Both the position numbers and the translations under genes were made by a program. From Sphyrna mokarran (Eukaryota), in assembly GCA_024679065.1 (NCBI GenBank), contig JAGIQG010000003.1:100068001-100132000 (forward strand): DNA of 64,000 bases, read 5' to 3'. The notes beneath the pieces are model-generated. The model ran no database searches. It saw only the letters and a list, made by a program, of their open reading frames with translations, and was not told the DNA's origin. Of the stretch, positions 1-12,469 are shown one piece after another. Position 1 is the stretch's first letter. Each line of letters begins with the position of its first letter.

Positions 1-243
1 TTATAGGACGGATATCAGAGGTAGGTTCTTTACTCAAAGAGTGATTAGGGAGTGGAATGCCCTGCCTGCAGCTGTTGTAGATGCGCCAAGTTTGGTGGCG
101 TTTAAGAGGTTAATTGATAAGTATATGGAAGAGAAGGGAATGGTTTAGTTTGGAGGGGCATTGCTTTTTATTTTGGTCGGCACAACATCGAAGGCCGAAG
201 GGCCTGTTCTGTGCTGTAATGTTCTATGTTCTATGTTCTATGT
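1..243 (+). mobile_element. CR1 LINE 3' end (young family; continues left of window)
   Basis: Encodes YRTDIRGRFFTQRVIREWNALP...FKRLIDKYM, ends in an (ATGTTCT)n tail, and is closely similar to 35904-36146. Confidence 0.92.
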
Positions 244-277
244 CACACTTGTGTTTTGTTCACTGAATCTAAGCTGG

Positions 278-602
278 AATCATAGAATACCTACAGTGCA
301 GGAGGAGGCTATCTGGCCCATCAAGTCTGCACCGACAACAATCCCACCCTGTCCCTATCTCCGTAATACTACATATTTACCCTATTAATCCCCTGAATAT
401 TACGGAGCAAGTTAGCACGGCTAATCAATCTAATCTACACATTTTTGCACTGTGGGAGGAAACGAGAGAACCTGGAGGAAACCCATGCAGACATGGAGAG
501 AATGTACAAACTCCAGACAGGCAGTCACCCAAGTAGGGATCAAACGCAGATCCCTGGCACTGTGAGACAGCAATGCTAACCACTGTGTCACCTCACTGCC
601 CT
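278..602 (-). mobile_element. HE1-like tRNA-derived V-SINE
   Basis: Reverse complement has A/B-box head (gtggttagcattgctg...gtttgatccc), V-core (gtctggagtttgtacattctctccatgtctgcatgggtttcctcc) and CR1-like tail ending attctatga. Confidence 0.85.
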
Positions 603-1214
603 GAGTTGGCTCATCTCAGGCAGAGGGACTGGTTTCAATTAGTTTGAGCACCTTGATATAGGGAGTGGAAAATCTTGTAATGTTTCCAATCCTAATTGGA
701 TAAAACAACTGATGAAGAGAAGGACATGTTCAAAAAAAAAAGATTCAATTCAATATAATACTGGCATAAACCTTTAAGGACTAAGAGTTCCTAAAGTTTA
801 GGGCTTTCAAGATATAAAACTCTTAATTAAAATCTCTAAAGTTCTGAATTTGGAGCTGCAACCACTGGGGTCCTCAGTTGTGCCTGACCTAACAATGCAT
901 AAATACTAATTATTCACCGAGTAGAATTTATCTAACAAAATTTTATAAATACTTAACAAAAACACTAAGGCAACATGGATGTTTCTTATCCCTGAAGGTC
1001 CTATGATTCTTACAGCATTGCCAGCCTTGCTTCATCTGTGCTGAAGTAATGTTACTGTTTTTCAGATGAATCATCCCACAGAAGCCATGGTGAAGCTATG
1101 CTTCAGAACACAAATGGTTTGCTGCATGAGGTCCCTTGTGGCTGTATGATTCTTGTTATACGTACAGTATCTTTGTATAGCGAGATTGAGGATGTCAAGC
1201 CCTGCTTTAGAAAC

Positions 1215-2255
1215 TCACCCACAAAACTCATCTCCAAACTCCATGACCTTGGCACCTCCCTCCGTGACTGGATCCTGAACTTCCTAACTCACAGACCACA
1301 ATCAATAAGGATAGACAATAACCTCCACGATCATCCTCAACACTGGTGCCCCATAAGGCTATGCTCTCAGCCCCCTACTCTACTCCTTATACATCTATGA
1401 CTGTGTGACCAAATTCTCCTCCAATTCGATTTTCAAGTTTGCTGATGACACACCGTAGTGGGTCAGATCTCAAATAATGACAAGATAGAGTACATGAATG
1501 AGATAGAGAATCTAGTGAGCTTATGTGACAACAGTAACTTCTCCCTCAATGTCAACAAAATGAAGGAGATTGTCATTGAGTTCAGGAAGCATAAAAGAGA
1601 ACATGCCACTCACTACATCAATGGGGACAATATAGAAAGAGTTGAAACCTTCAAGTTTTCAGGTGTCCGGATCACCAACAATCTGTTGTGGTCTCCCCAT
1701 GCTGACACTATGGTTAAGAAAGCCCACCAATATCTCTACTTTCGCAGAAGACTAAGGAAATTTGGTACGTCAGCTATGACTCTCACTATTACAGATGCAT
1801 CATAGAAAGCGTTCTTTCTGGTTGTATCATAAGTTGATATGGCTCCTGCTCTGCCCAAGACCACAAGGAACTACAAAAGGATATGAATGTAGCCCGAGCC
1901 ACACGCAAACCAGCCTCCCATCCATTGACTCTGTCTACATTTCCTGCTGCCTCAGCATAATTAAGGACCACATACACCTCAGACATTCTCTCTTTCATCT
2001 TCTTCTTTCAGGGAAAAAGATACAAAAGTCTGAAGATATACAGCAACTGATTCGAGAACAGCTTTTTCTTAGTGCTGTGAAATTTTTGAATGAACTTAAC
2101 TTGTATTAAGTTGATCTTTCTCTACACCTAGGTAAATTGTAACAGCACTCTCTCATTTCCTTCTCTATGAATGGTATGTTTTGGCTGTATAGCGTGCAAG
2201 AAACAATACTTTTCACTGTTAATTCATGTGAATAATAAATCAAATCAAATCAAAA
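1215..2255 (+). mobile_element. 5'-truncated Rex1/Babar-like non-LTR retrotransposon (RT C-terminus and 3'UTR)
   Basis: Frameshifted RT: PTKLISKLHDLG..WILNFLTHRPQ, FKFADDT, NFSLNVNKMKEIVIEFRK, KKAHQYLYF.RRLRKFG. Tail aataataaatcaaatcaaatcaaa. Confidence 0.85.
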
Positions 2256-2716
2256 GTGCACAATGGGTATCTGTCATTACCAAACAGCAAGCCACTTGTT
2301 TGTTGTGATTGCTCAAGGGTGTTGGGTAGATCTGACTGCCTCAGGATAAAAACATTGTGGTTCTTGCTGCCAGGAGATCAGATACTCAGTGACATGATGT
2401 TCTATGCATATTCAGACATCAACTGCAACCTAATGTAGACCTTGTGTTTCCCATAGATCTCTCCATTGACATGTGGGTTTGGCAGAACATCTTGTCTGCA
2501 AAACTGAGAATCCTGCTTCCTGGTGCAGCCACATGTTTACTCCTACTATTCTTTAGTCAGAGAAAAGACAATGGCGTCCTTGCTCATAACATCAGGGCCT
2601 CTTGTCACCACCACCGTAACCCCTCACCCCCAACCAAATGTAGCAATCCACAGTTAACTATTGGTGATGTTGCTGGCTCTGGGCTGATAAGATTCATTTG
2701 TATACAAAGTCTGTGA

Positions 2717-3160
2717 GGCAATGGTGCACAGTGGTTAGCACTGCTGCCTTACAGCTCCAGGGACTCAAGTTCAATTCCTAGCTTGGGTCACTGTCTGTGT
2801 GGAGTTTGCACATTCTCTCCTTTTCTGCATGGGTTTTCTTCAGGTGCTCTGGTTTCCTCCAACAGTCCAAAAATGTGCAGGTTACATGCATTGGCCATGC
2901 TAAATTCTCTTTTAATGAAACAAGATATGTAAGTAAAGGGGATTAGTGGGGTAAATACTTAGCATTGCAGGGAAAGGTCTGGGTGGGATTGCATTTTAGT
3001 AACAGAGGGATTACACAGGGTTACAGGGATAGGGCCTAGGTGGGATTGTTGTCAGTGCAGACTTGATGAGCCAAATGGCCTCGTTCTGCTCTGTAGGGAT
3101 TCTACAAATAAATCGGTTGGATTATAAATTGGTGTTGCTAAATTCTTACGGGATTCTATG
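2717..3160 (+). mobile_element. HE1-like V-SINE with partly duplicated 3' region
   Basis: ggtgcacagtggttagcactgctgcc head, V-core, gggtgggattg segment present twice, gggattcta tail. Confidence 0.85.
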
Positions 3161-3884
3161 AAACATAGGGTCTGAGTATCTTTTAAACAGTGAATATGGA
3201 CATCCAAATAAATTTGAGTCCTTGTACAGAATACATTAAAATTAGTAGTCTGGAGAAAGTAGAAGTTAAAGGAGAGGCTAGAAATGCAGATTAATGGAGC
3301 TGAGGGCTCAGAAGTGGTTAGTAAAATTTCCAGACCATGTAATAAAGCAGAGAGTATAGAAGGTGGCAGAAATCTAACGTCAGGAAGAGTAAAAAAGATG
3401 CCAATTATGAGAAGGCAGCTGATCAAGGCAGAATTAGGAGTGTTGTACCTAAATGCACCTAGTATATGGAACAAGGTAAATGAGCATGTTGATTCAAGAT
3501 AAGGTTAGGAATGAAGGAGTCACCAACCTTCTTTGGTTCCATCAAAGGACAAGATAAAGGTATGACTGATGAGACAGAGTTCTAGGATATCTGCAGGCTG
3601 TACCATGATTAATGACATTGTTTATGATGCTATTATTGATCTAATTCCTCAATAAGCTCTGGTCACGCAAACTGATAATGATTATGTATAAATACTGAAC
3701 TGATTCTTTACGTTAACACAGACTTCAGGAAGAATTAGCAAGTCGTAATGACAGCTTTCTGAACTCAAGTTTTTGCCAATACTGCACGCAGTCTTTTGGA
3801 AATAAAGACAGGTTATTTTGTTGGAACAAACTTTGTTGTCTTTCCACCACAGTCAAGAATCAGGAAAATTTCCACTTCAACACT

Positions 3885-5128
3885 CTTCCTGGTGATTGTG
3901 AGGCAGTGTTCATTCATCCATTGTCATAGCGTCTGCATGGTCTCGCCAATGCACCATGCCTCAGGACATCCTTTCCTGCAGCATATCAGGTAGATAAGAT
4001 TGGCCAAGTTGCAAGTGTATGTACCGTGTACCTGGTGGGCGGTTTTCTCACATGAGACGATGGTATCCATGTCGATGATCCGGCACATCTTGCAGAAGTT
4101 GCTGTGGCAGCGTTGTGTGATGTTGTGGTCACTGTTCTCCTGAAGGTTAGTTTGTTGCAGACAATGGTCTGTTTGAGATTGTGTGATTGTTTGAAGATAA
4201 GATGTGGGGGTGTGGGGATTGCCTTGGTGGGATGCTCATCTTCATCAATGACATGTTGAAGGCTCCGGAGAAGATATTGTAGCTTCGCCACTCTGGGGAA
4301 GTACTGGATGACGAAGGGTACTTTGTCCACCGCGTTCCACGTTTGTCTTCTGAGGAAGTCGGTGCATTTTTTTGCTGTGCCGCATCGCAACTGTCGATCG
4401 ATGAGTTGAGTACCATATCGTGTTCTTATGATAGCATCTGTTAGTGCCTGGAGGTGTCCATTGCGACCGTCTTTATTTGAGCAGATCCTATGTATACGAA
4501 GGGGTTGTCTGTAGGGGATGATTTCTTTAACATGTTCAAAGTGGAAACTGGAGAAGTGGAGCATTGTGAGGTTATCTGTGGGCTTGCAGTACAGTGAAGT
4601 GCTGAGATGATCGTCCTCGATGGAGATGTGTGTGTCCAAGAATGCAACCAATTCCAGAAAGTAGTCCATGGTGAGTCTGATGGTGGGATGGAACTTGTTG
4701 ATGTCATCATATAGTTGTTTCAGTAATTGTTCACCATGAGTCCAAAAGAAGAAGATGTCATCGATGTATCTGGTACATAGCATCAGTTGAAGGTCCTGTG
4801 CAGTAAAGAGGTCTTGTTTGAACCTGTGCATGAAGATGTTGTCATATTGAAGTGCAAATTTGGTCCCCATGGCTGTTCCATATGTCTGGATGAACAATTG
4901 GTTGTTGAAGCTGAAGACATTGTGGTCCAGGATGAAGCAGATGAGTTGTAAAATTGCATCTGGAGATTGGCAGTTGTCAGCATTGAGTGCTGAGGCAGTT
5001 GACGCAGTTCATGTCACACTATCTGTAACCCCCACGAGTTGTCTGGGCTTGCAAAATCTCACTAACTGTTCTGGCTGGAGATAAATAAACCTGTTGGACT
5101 TTAATCTGGTGTTGTAAGACTTCTTATT
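3885..5128 (-). mobile_element. Penelope-like element fragment (RT plus GIY-YIG endonuclease) with inverted terminal piece
   Basis: ORF 3986-4897: QTYGTAMGTKFA, RYIDDIFFFW, FHPTIRLT, FLDTHI. Minus-strand frame near 3905-3995 reads IYLICCRKGCPEAWCIGETMQTL*QWMNEH (GIY-YIG). 5010-5128 is a terminal-repeat piece in the opposite orientation that matches an arm of the 6354-6533 element. Confidence 0.9.
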
Positions 5129-6353
5129 GAAAAATAGGGAGAGGGGCAAAGGGGGTAGGGTTGCTATTTAGGAATGAATTTATATAGATAACAAGGATCA
5201 GAAGGCATACAATCTCTGTGGGTAGAATTGAGGAATTGCAAAGGTAAAAAGAGCCTGATGGGAGATATGTACAGTCCTCTAGCAGTAGTCAGGACATGGG
5301 CAGAAAATAAATCAGGAAATAGAAAAGACATATAAAAAGGCAATATTACAATAATTATGGGGGACTTCAATTTGCAGGTGGGCTGGGAAAATCAGGTAGA
5401 TAGTGGATCCCAAGAAAAGAAATTTGTGGAATGGCTAAGTGATGTTTCTTTGGAGCAGTTTGTGACAGAGTCTACCAGGGAACAGGCAATTCTGGATTTG
5501 GTGATGTATAATGAGGCAGACTTGATTAGGGAACTTAAGATGAAGAAACTCTTAGGGAGCAGTGACCACAATATGATAGAACTTGCCCTGCAATTTAAGA
5601 GGGAGAAGCTGGAGTCAGATGTAACAGTGTTACAAATAAATAAAGGTAACTACACTGACAATGAGGAAGGAGTAGACCACAGTTGATTGGAAAGGAAGCC
5701 TAGCAGGGAAGATGTTAGAACAGCAATGGTAGCAGTCTTTGAAAGTTAATCAGGAGGCACAACAGAAATTCATCCCAAGAAGGAGGAAACATGCTAAGGG
5801 GAGAACAAGGCATCCATGGCTGACGAGGTAAATCAAGGACAACATAAAGGCAAAAGTAAAAGCATACAAAGTGGCGAAGATTAGTGGGAAGCCTTTAAAT
5901 GCGAGCACAAAACAACTAAAAAAGCAATGGGGAGGGAGGCCTGGTGGGAGAGAGAAGATGAAATATAAGTGTAACCTAGTTAGGAATATGAAAGAAGATA
6001 GGAAAGCTTTTTTCAATACATAAAAAGTAAAAGGGAGGCAAAAATAACCATTGGACTGCTGGAAAATGAGGCTGGAGAAATAATAATAGGAAATAAAGAA
6101 ATGGTAGAGGAATTGATTAGTTATTTTGTATCAGTCTTCATGGTGGAAGATGCCAGTGGGACGCCAGAGCTCCAGGAGAATCAAGGGGCACAGGTGACTG
6201 TAGTGGCCATCAATAAGGAGAAGATTCTGGGAAAAGTGAGAGGTCTGAAAGTGGATAAATAGGTTATACTCCAGAGTTCTAAAGGAGTTGGCTGAGGAAA
6301 TTGTGGAGGCATTAGTGATGATCTTTCAGGAATCATTGGAGGCAGGGAGGATA

Positions 6354-6533
6354 ATAAGAAGTCTCACAATACCAGGTTAAAGTCCAATAAATTTATTTGG
6401 CAGCACATGCTTTTGGAACTCCCACTCACCTGATGAAGCTTGTGCTGCCAAATAAACCTGTTGGATTTTAACCTGCTGTTGTGAAATTTCTTACTGTGTT
6501 TACTCTAATCCAACGCCGGCATCTCCACATCAT
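6354..6533. mobile_element. Palindromic Penelope-derived mini-element inserted in CR1
   Basis: Imperfect inverted arms ~6355-6412 and ~6436-6493, central CTGATGA, flanked by GGCAGGGAGGATA (6341-6353) and GGCAGGAAGGATA (6534-6546). Confidence 0.85.
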
Positions 6534-8144
6534 GGCAGGAAGGATACTAGAAAGTAGCTAATGTAACACTGCTGTTTAAGAAGGGAGGGAGGCCGCAGGC
6601 TGGAAATTAAAGGCTGGTTAGCCTAACTTCAATCATTGGCAAGATTTTAAAATCCATTATTAAAAATGAGATTGCAGAGAACTTGAAACTGCATGATAAA
6701 ATAAGATTGAGTCAGCACGGCTTTGTCAAGGAGAGGTCATGTCTGATAAATCTGTTAGAGTTATTTGAGGAAGTAACAAGGAAGTTAGATAAAGAAGAAC
6801 CAGTTTATTTACATTCCCAGAAAGCCTTTGACAAGGTGCCACATAGGACACTGTTAAATAAGTGCCCAAGGTGTTAAGGATAAGATCCTGGCATGATACA
6901 GGATTGGCTAACTGGCAGATGAGTGGAGATAAAGGAGTCTTTCTCAGGATGGCAGCTGGTGACTAATGGTGTGTCTTGGGGTTAGTGCTAGGACCCAACT
7001 TTTCACAATATAGACTAACGATTTGGAGGAAGGAACTGAAGGCTCCATTGCTAAGTTTGCAGATGATACAAAGATATGTGGAGGGGCAGGTAGTATTGAG
7101 AAAGCAGGGGCGGGGGTGCTGCAGAACAACTGGGACAAGTTAGGAGAATGGGCAAAGTGGCATATGGAATACAATGTGGAAAAGTGTCAGGTTATGCACT
7201 TTGGAAGGAATGGAGGCATAGACTATTTTCTAAATGGGAAAATGCTTAGGAAATCAAAAACACAAAGGGACTTCAATATCCTTGTTCAAGATTGTCTTAA
7301 AGTTAACGTGCAGGTTCAGTCAGCAGTTAAGAAGGCAAATGCAATGTTAGCATTCATGTCAAGAGGGCTAGAATACAAGAACAGGGATGTACTTCTGAAG
7401 CTATATAAGGCTCTGGTCAAACCCCATTTGGAGTATTGTGAGTAGTTTTGGGCCCCATATTTAGGGAAGGATATGCTGCCCATTGAAAGGGTCCAGAGGA
7501 GGTTCACAAAAATGATCCCTGGAATGAAGAGCTGGTTGTATGAGGAACGGTTGAGGATTCTCGGTCTGTACACATTAGAATTTAGAAGGATGAAGGGGAA
7601 CTTACTGAAACATACAGGATACTGTGAGACCTAGATAAAGTGGATATGGAGAGGATATTTCCACTAGTAGGAAAAACTAGAACCAGAGGGTACAGCCAGA
7701 TGGATGATCCTTTAAAACAGAAATGAGGAGGAATTTCTTCAGCCAAAGGGTATCTGTGGAACTCTTTGCCGCGGAAAGCTGTGGAGGCCAGGTCATTGAG
7801 CGTCTTTAAGACAGAGATAGATAGGTTTTTGATTAATAAAGGGATCGGGGTAATGGGGGAATGGCAAGAGAATGGGATGACAAAAATATCAACCACAATT
7901 GAATGGCGGAACAGAGTCAATGGGCCGAGTGGCCTAATTCTGCTCCGATGTCTTATGGTCTTATAAGATTAATAGAATAAATTTATAAATGTGTATATTT
8001 TCCAGAAAATTACCAGAGCTCCAAGGATTAGATTATAATAAGAGAAGACTTAAACTGGGCTTGCATTTCTTAGAATACAGAAAATTTAATGATGCTTTGA
8101 TTGAGAGTTTCAGGATTTTGGAAAGAATTGATAGTTGTGTATTA

Positions 8145-8555
8145 ATTGTTTCATAGCATGTGAGCATTGCAAGCAAAGCCACATTTATTGTCAATCCCAT
8201 TTTGCCCTTGGGAAGCTGCCTTCGTGAACTGTTGCAGTCTATATAGTGTAGGTACACCCACTGTGCTGTTAGAAACAAAGTTCCAGAATTATGATCCAGC
8301 AACAGTAAAGGAATGGCAATATAGTTCCAAGTCATGAAGATGAGTGGCCTAGAGGGAAATATTCAGATGTTGGTATTAAAATGCATCTGCTGCTCTTGTC
8401 CTTCTAGGGAATAGAGGTTTGCGTTTGGAAAGTGCTGTCAAAGAAGGCTTGGCGAATAGCTGCAGTCTACCTGGTAGATGATACACATTGCTACCACTGT
8501 GCATTGGTGGTGGAGGGAATGTTTAAGGTGGTCGATGGGGTACTGATCAAGCAGG
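8145..8555 (-). mobile_element. Old LINE 3' fragment (CR1/L2 group)
   Basis: Minus strand reads as a degenerate RT C-terminus (..WN..SNSTVGVPT....Q.F.KAA) followed by an AATAAA tail; same family as 18820-19345. Confidence 0.65.
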
Positions 8556-8672
8556 CATGGTTGGGAGGGGCTGGGCATGCATGGGAAGAGTGGTATGGGT
8601 TGGAGATGGCATGATTGGAAGGGATGGCATGGGAAGAGTGACATAGGAGTGTTGGATGAGACGATGGAATTG
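8553..8672. repeat. Degenerate G-rich tandem repeat (ggcatgg/ttggaagg units)
   Basis: Repeated ggcatg(g)...ggaagagtg motifs seen directly. Confidence 0.6.
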
Positions 8673-9217
8673 GTTAAGTATAAAATTTGGCAGCATATAT
8701 TTTGCGGGTCTCTACTATTATAAAAGGAATAACGACAAATATATTTCTGCCTCGTGACATTATAATAATTTTTACTGGTTGGACTTTATTCATTTTGCTT
8801 CAGGGTTTGTCCTTTTCATACTGTCCTGGTTCACCTAACTATTTTTATACATCCACCTGCTGGTTCTATTTACCAGAAGATTTTTCCTTCAGTCTGTTGG
8901 GGTTTTTTGTATATTTGATTAGTTTAATTGCTGTCTTTGTTCTGGTCTGTGGTCATTTTTTGATCTTTTCTCTCTAATTTTCTTGTTGAGTTGTTTCATT
9001 TCCTTGTTACTTTCAACATGCTCTACGTTATTCTGTAATTTTATCAAAGCTACAGTATTTTATTAAAGCTAGAATAGCTTTTCTGCGCGATTAATACACA
9101 AACTAACAGACTGGTTGCTGCATTCAATATCAAACATTGGATTACAAATTGAAGAATGTCACAGCGAACTATTGGCTTCAGTCAGGATCACTCAAGCTTC
9201 GATATTAACCCCAATTG

Positions 9218-9447
9218 ATAGAATCTTTACAGCGCAGATGGAATCTGCGCCAATTCTCTAAAAGGGCATCCCACCATGCATATTTAGCATGGTTAATCCA
9301 CCTAATCTACACACTTTAGACACTCAGGGGCAATTTAGCATGGCCAGTCCATCTAACCTGCATGTCCTTGAACTGTGGGAGGAAACAGAGGAAACCTACA
9401 CAGACACAGGGAGAATGTGCAAATTCCATGTGGCCACTATGCCATCT
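9218..9447 (-). mobile_element. HE1-like SINE fragment
   Basis: ggggcaatttagcatggcc...ctgtgggaggaaac...cacagacacagggagaatgtgcaaa is the reverse complement of the V-core. Confidence 0.75.
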
Positions 9448-10336
9448 TTCTAACAATGGGTGATATAGAGTGTTAGGCAGGGAGGGGGACGGGATTTAAA
9501 AATTAAATATGGGAAATGTGACCACACACATCCACTGGCCTCTTTATGGTAGTGAGTTTTGGGGCTTCCCTACGCCCTGGCTGGAGGGGTGGGGCACTTA
9601 ATTAACAGACTTGAATGGGGCTTTCATGGTGCAACTGGGAGCTCCATTTAAAATTTGCTGCTGTTTGCTGCATGGGTTTTCCATGGATCAGGAAACCCAG
9701 CAATGAAAGGGTCAGGGAACAGGCAGCTTGCCAAAGCAAATGGCAGCTTCAACACTTCCCAAAGACCAGGTGGAGCCCCTCCCTCACCGAGTCTAATCTC
9801 TAACCCAAGCCCCGAGTATTGACTTTTTTCCCCACTGGCCCCAGTTATTGACCTCTTTCTCCTCCCCGCCCCTCACCAGCCCTGATTGCCAGCTACCCAG
9901 CTGTAAGCCCAATTTGCAATGGGAGTGGATGCATGAACACTGGAACCAAACCCAAACATGGGCCAAATTTCAGGATGAGGATGACTAGAAAGAGAATAAA
10001 ATTGCATTAAAACTGAAGTATTGATGAGGGCAGGAAACATCATTAAAGAGAAACACATCAGCCATCCTCCATCAATCAAGAGATTACTTCAAAGCTTTCT
10101 GCAATGTAATTTGGTAAAAATAGAAGGACAGATATCAATTTAGGTATTTGAATATTGCTTTCACTGTTGAGCCTGCAGATACCAGACCAAAATATCCTGG
10201 TCTGGTATCAGGACCAGAGTACACTCCAACAACTGAGGACAAGCAATAAATGTTTAAATTCAAGAGACAGTTCAGTGTATAGGTAAAAGGTCTTATGTTT
10301 TATGTCATATGGTAGTCTTTAGTGTATGTTCTGTAG

Positions 10337-10620
10337 GGTGGCACAATGGCATAGTGGTTAGCATTGCTACCTCACAGTGCCAGGATCCCAGGTTCGATTC
10401 CTGGCTTGGGTTACTGTCTGTGTAGTGTCTACACAGGTTTACTCTGGGTGCTCTGATTTCCTCCCACAGTCTGAAAGACATGCTGATTAGGTGGATTTGC
10501 CATGCTAAATTCTCCTGCAGTGTTAACAAACAGGCACTGGAATGTGGCGACAAGGGGATTTTCACAGTAACTTCATTGCAGTGTTAATGTAAGCCTACTT
10601 ATGACGAATAAATAAACTTC
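10337..10620 (+). mobile_element. V-SINE with alternative (type B) tail
   Basis: tRNA head with ggttcgattcc B-box, V-core, then ggggattttcacagtaacttcattgcagtgttaatgtaagcctactt...aataaataaactt. Confidence 0.88.
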
Positions 10621-10945
10621 AGGGATTTCCATAATATAGCAGAAAATATTTGCATTGTAAATTCAAAATTAATTATATGAAGCCCAGTATGAAATTTTCT
10701 GTAAGTTCTATGTCACAAATCTGTGCACTGACTGCACATGAGATAGAAAAAATTGTTGTTGAATTTTAAAATACACAAATGTCCAAGAAAATTCGACTTG
10801 AAACAAAACCAGAGGCATTTGCCACATATATCCTATCATCGCTGAGTCCAGATTTTGCCGAGTGGCAAAGATGCCACTCTCACCTGTCATCTTGTAGGGA
10901 TCTGCACTGAGATGGTTTTTGCCAGCAGAAATTTCTACATTTCAA

Positions 10946-11905
10946 GGCCAGAGTTCTTCCAAAAAATTCTAAGTGTCAAATTTGTGGGTTAATTGGTGTA
11001 ACTCATTTTTTTTTCAGTGGGAGTTCAAACGAGAATCTCCCACACTTTGAGCACTGCAGAGGCCACCAGTGTGAATATCACTAGATCTCAGGGGGCAGGG
11101 CGGGGCCTATTCCCCCCCAGGAGGGTCACATGTGCAGTGATCCCGAACTATCAGCTCTCCACTTGCTGGTCAGTTCAATTACTGACCCCCGGGACTCCCA
11201 CAGGGCTGCCCCTGTAACCTCCCCCAAGACCCGATCACAGTCCTCCCCAACTACTCCTGGGCCAGCCCAGTCCTTCCCCCCACCAAAGTCCCCATGCCGG
11301 ATGGCCCTGATTTCCTCCCCATCACACCTTCCACCTCACAGTTCTCCCCCAGCAGTCCTGGCCCGTCCCTGCCATGCACTGCCAAGCCCACAGCAGGCAG
11401 ACACCCACCCTCAGCCCACCCCCGATCGCTTTCCTCCCTAGTGTCCAGACTGGTCCTAGGCAGAGTACCAGCGAGACCCCTCCAATTGATTGCCCCAGGC
11501 CACGCCCCTTTTGCACTGCCCCATGCCCAGTAGGTAATGTGAAGGTGCCCCCTTGACATGGACATCTTGCCTCTTGGGCAGTGCTAGGGGCACAGGCTGG
11601 CACTTCCAAGGTGCTTGTGCCCTGGGGCACCATCTCCCACTGGCGGAGTAGGAAAGGTTGATAGGGCTATAGAGTTCTGTCTCTGGCCCACTAATTACAT
11701 TTAAATTATATTAAAAACAGATTAAAGTGACTTATCTGGTTTTCCCACTGGTTTCCAGCACATATCTAATGGCGCCAGAAGTCTGGCACTGGGAGATGTG
11801 CTTGCGGCAAGAATGCATGCACAAATCCTATGCATGCCTGGCCGTGAGATTCTCCGCCTCATCGCACCATAAAATTGGCACAGTAGGGAGAGAGAATCAC
11901 CTCTT
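10946..11905. mobile_element. GC-rich non-coding interspersed element, possibly a non-autonomous Harbinger-type transposon
   Basis: Sharp compositional boundaries, C-rich core, weak terminal inverted similarity (ggccagagttcttcc ... gggagagagaatcacc), and architecture resembling 23976-24947. TSD not resolved. Confidence 0.45.
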
Positions 11906-12469
11906 CCCTCCCTCAAGTGTCTTATCCAGCATGATGCCCTGAACGATTCTGTGAACAGGTCAAGCAGAAAGAAGAATCGTCATTGTAACAAGACGCTGAA
12001 TTTTACAAAACTTTTTGAGATGGTCTCAGAGGCGGGAAGTTGTGTCAAATGATGATGGATGTTGTTGAAATGAAAGCTGAGATCTTCTGTCCGAGCATAG
12101 TACCAATGACCATCAACAACACGGCTATTGACCAATTGGGGGTTGGCTAAATAATGGTCAGGTGCTGACATTTTACAGGTGTTTGGACGTATCTCCACTG
12201 TGTGACAACACCACTATGGCAAACTGGCAGGGGTTCCTGCTGACTTGCCTTAAAGGTCATTTCATGGCCTGGAGGGGCCACATGGCAGCAAAGGCTGCCT
12301 GCAACACCCTCCCCCCAACTCTGACATCACTGCTGATGGGTTTATTGTGGGGACCATACTGTCTGACACCAGCATAGTGAAAAATTTATCATACTGACGT
12401 GACTTACCCCCATTTTCCCCCATGTTTTTGGAAGAATCCCAATCATCCTCTGGCTGGAGGGTCTTGAAC

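Larger units (their letters stand above)
3200..7965 (+). mobile_element. Decayed near-full ORF2 of a CR1 LINE, interrupted by Penelope pieces
   Basis: Endonuclease motifs LYLNAPSIWNK (~3440), MGDFN and SSDHN (5357-5580). RT motifs SQHGFVK.RSCL.NLLE, KAFDKVPH, KFADDTK, LYKALVKPHLEYC. 3' tail tcttatggtctta. Many stops and frameshifts. Confidence 0.9.

Noticed and set aside
10337-10410. tRNA gene-like A/B boxes (also at other SINE heads)
   Set aside because: They continue directly into the V-SINE core and tail; these are SINE heads, not tRNA genes.
11017-11633. Cluster of overlapping Pro/Gly-rich ORFs
   Set aside because: Artefact of a C-rich, stop-poor repeat interior; no splice structure or recognisable domain.
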